From Macrostomum lignano (Eukaryota): a stretch of 64,000 bases of DNA. The stretch covers positions 1-64,000 of the forward strand of contig NIVC01003960.1 of NCBI GenBank assembly GCA_002269645.1. The letters are read 5' to 3'. Of this stretch, positions 61,481-64,000 are shown one piece after another. Made by a program: the position numbers and the translations under genes. The notes below the pieces were generated by a model. That model saw nothing but the letters and a program-made list of their open reading frames with translations, made no database searches and was not told the DNA's origin. Each line of letters begins with the position of its first letter. The first letter of the stretch is position 1.

Positions 61481-64000
61481 AATGGGCACCACAATGAATT
61501 ACACGTATATTAGTACAAATCGCACGCATCGTAAAAAGTAATCAATGCTATTTAAAGGGTCGGGTTTCATTTTCGGAAGCATATTTTCGCTTGAACCTTT
61601 GTAACACTGCACATTCTTTAGCTACTACTTAAGGTTCAAGTTCAGTAGCGACTATAGAAAATGGCGACTATAAGTTTTTATCCAATCTGTACAGGCAAAA
61701 TGTTGCACTGCTAGAACTTATGTAACCTGCTTTTTGCTTTCCCCAAAAACATTGTCATTGCATAATTTGTTGCATAAAATCTGCTGCCATCGATTTCTTT
61801 TCGCTTTCAGTCGCGACCGAAGGTACGTTGATTTTTGTAAACCAAAGCCTATTTTCGACCAGGCGGAATCCATAACAGAAATCTTTTTTTTAGAATTTGC
61901 AATCTTTCATTTGAACTCTTGAGACTTCCAGAGTACTTATTTATTACTGTGCTTATTTCTTATTTCTAATCTTCGCATGCCTTCAATAGAGCACAATTTA
62001 AACCTCTACATATATAGGTAAAACTGTAAACTGCATTCACATTCTGCTTACACATTATTCTTTTTATCCTTAATTTTATTATTATTATTTTGGTATGACG
62101 ATGTACATCAATTTATTTCGATTTCTACACAAAAACAGAAAGCAAAATTTGAACAGCTCAATATTTGATTATTATTCGCTACCTCACGCTGAGCTAAATT
62201 CCACCTAATTACCGTTCCCGTGTCCTGACTAACTGGCAATTTTATACTGATGGGGCTTCTTAGCTTCCTAGCTTCTGCCTAAAATATTTAACTTGTTAAC
62301 TTGTCTTATTCGACAATTGTTTTAATCGCACTGGTTAGGATCAGTCCCTTAATTCGATTGGAAGGCCGATAATTTTACTTTATTGCAGCGCGATTTAATA
62401 AAAAGCTGTTAAACTAATACTCCGAAGTATTTTAAACATTTGCGTATATATAATCACTATCAATATTTTAGGAAAAACTAAACAAAAAGAAAATCAAACT
62501 AAGGCAGCCAATAAAATTAAAAGTTTTCTTGGGTCTCTTCGTTGTTTTCCCTAGAGGGGTTTCCCTTCAGAAAGTTTCTCCAAGTTGCAGGACGTTTCCC
62601 AGCAGGAGGTTCTCCCGCAGTGAGTTTCTCCCGCAGTGAGGTTCTCCCGCAGTGAGGCTCTCCCGCAGTGAGGTTCTCCCGCAGTGAGGCTCTCCCGCAG
62701 TGAGGCTCTCCCGCAGTGAGGCTCTCCCGCATTGAGGTTCTCCCGCAGTGAGGTTCTCCCGCAGTGAGGCTCTCCCGCAGTGAGGCTCTCCCGCATTGAG
62801 GTTCTCCCGCAGTGAGGTTCTCCCGCAGTGAGGCTCTCCCACAGTGAGGCTCTCCCGCATTGAGGTTCTCCGCAGTGAGGTTCTCCCGCAGTGAGGCTCT
62901 CCCGCAGTGAGGCTCTCCCGCATTGAGGTTCTCCCGCAGTGAGGTTCTCCCGCAGTGAGGTTCTCCTGCAGTGAGGCTCTCCCGCATCGAGGTTCTCCCG
63001 CAGTGAGGCTCTCCCGCAACGAGGTTCTCCCGCAGTGAGGTTCTCCGCAGTGGCACCACAATGGGCACCACAATGGGCACCACAATGAATTACACGTATA
63101 TTAGTACAAATCGCACGCATCGTAAAAAGTAATCAATGCTATTTAAAGGGTCTGGGTTTCATTTTCGGAAGCATATTTTCGCTTGAACCTTTGTAACACT
63201 GCACATTCTTTAGCTACTACTTAAGGTTCAAGTTCAGTAGCGACTATAGAAAATGGCGACTATAAGTTTTTATCCAATCTGTACAGGCAAAATGTTGCAC
63301 TGCTAGAACTTATGTAACCTGCTTTTTGCTTTCCCCAAAAACATTGTCATTGCATAATTTGTTGCATAAAATCTGCTGCCATCGATTTCTTTTCGCTTTC
63401 AGTCGCGACCGAAGGTACGTTGATTTTTGTAAACCAAAGCCTATTTTCGACCAGGCGGAATCCATAACAGAAATCTTTTTTTTAGAATTTGCAATCTTTC
63501 ATTTGAACTCTTGAGACTTCCAGAGTACTTATTTATACTGTGCTTATTTCTTATTTCTAATCTTCGCATGCCTTCAATAGAGCACAATTTAAACCTCTAC
63601 ATATATAGGTAAAACTGTAAACTGCATTCACATTCTGCTTACACATTATTCTTTTTATCCTTAATTTTATTATTATTATTTTGGTATGACGATGTACATC
63701 AATTTATTTCGATTTCTACACAAAAACAGAAAGCAAAATTTGAACAGCTCAATATTTGATTATTATTCGCTACCTCACGCTGAGCTAAATTCCACCTAAT
63801 TACCGTTCCCGTGTCCTGACTAACTGGCAATTTTATACTGATGGGGCTTCTTAGCTTCCTAGCTTCTGCCTAAAATATTTAACTTGTTAACTTGTCTTAT
63901 TCGACAATTGTTTTAATCGCACTGGTTAGGATCAGTCCCTTAATTCGATTGGAAGGCCGATAATTTTACTTTATTGCAGCGCGATTTAATAAAAAGCTGT
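61481..64000. repeat. ~1591-bp near-identical tandem segmental duplication (61481-63071; second copy from 63072 to the window end)
   Basis: Sequence from AATGGGCACCACAATGAATTAC restarts at 63072. By eye I saw only two 1-bp indel differences. Confidence 0.93.
62607..63050. repeat. 16-bp minisatellite, ~28 copies
   Basis: Unit GAGG(T/C)TCTCCCGCAGT, followed by (GGCACCACAATG)3 at the duplication junction. Confidence 0.95.

Overview
AT-rich animal (invertebrate-type) nuclear DNA; the taxon cannot be determined from the window. I could build seven intron-containing genes, all on the + strand. (1) A 5-exon SLC2A/GLUT sugar transporter whose first intron has a GC donor. (2, 4) Two paralogous 2-exon single-TM microprotein genes of 97 and 96 aa that flank COPS3; the ORF track does not show them as intact proteins. 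(3) COP9 signalosome subunit 3 with a 21-Gly tail. (5, 6) Two tandem 4-exon C2H2 zinc-finger genes of about 25 fingers each, with the same X-Y-Y-X module layout and eight single-base deletions that are probably long-read consensus errors. (7) The first 8 coding exons of an otoferlin-type ferlin, which continues beyond the window. Non-coding space holds Penelope-like (GIY-YIG) relics with degenerate hammerhead-like cores, a LINE 3' relic, a tRNA-head CORE-like SINE (2 copies), a MULE-type MITE with a 9-bp TSD, a foldback element, more than 15 unrelated mini/microsatellite arrays (many filling introns up to the splice sites) and a ~1.59-kb near-identical tandem duplication. Best novelty candidates: the microprotein pair, the modular zinc-finger genes and a Cys-rich (CS-alpha/beta-like) small ORF. 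All exon models were deduced by eye from splice consensus, phase and recalled family similarity; no database search was run.
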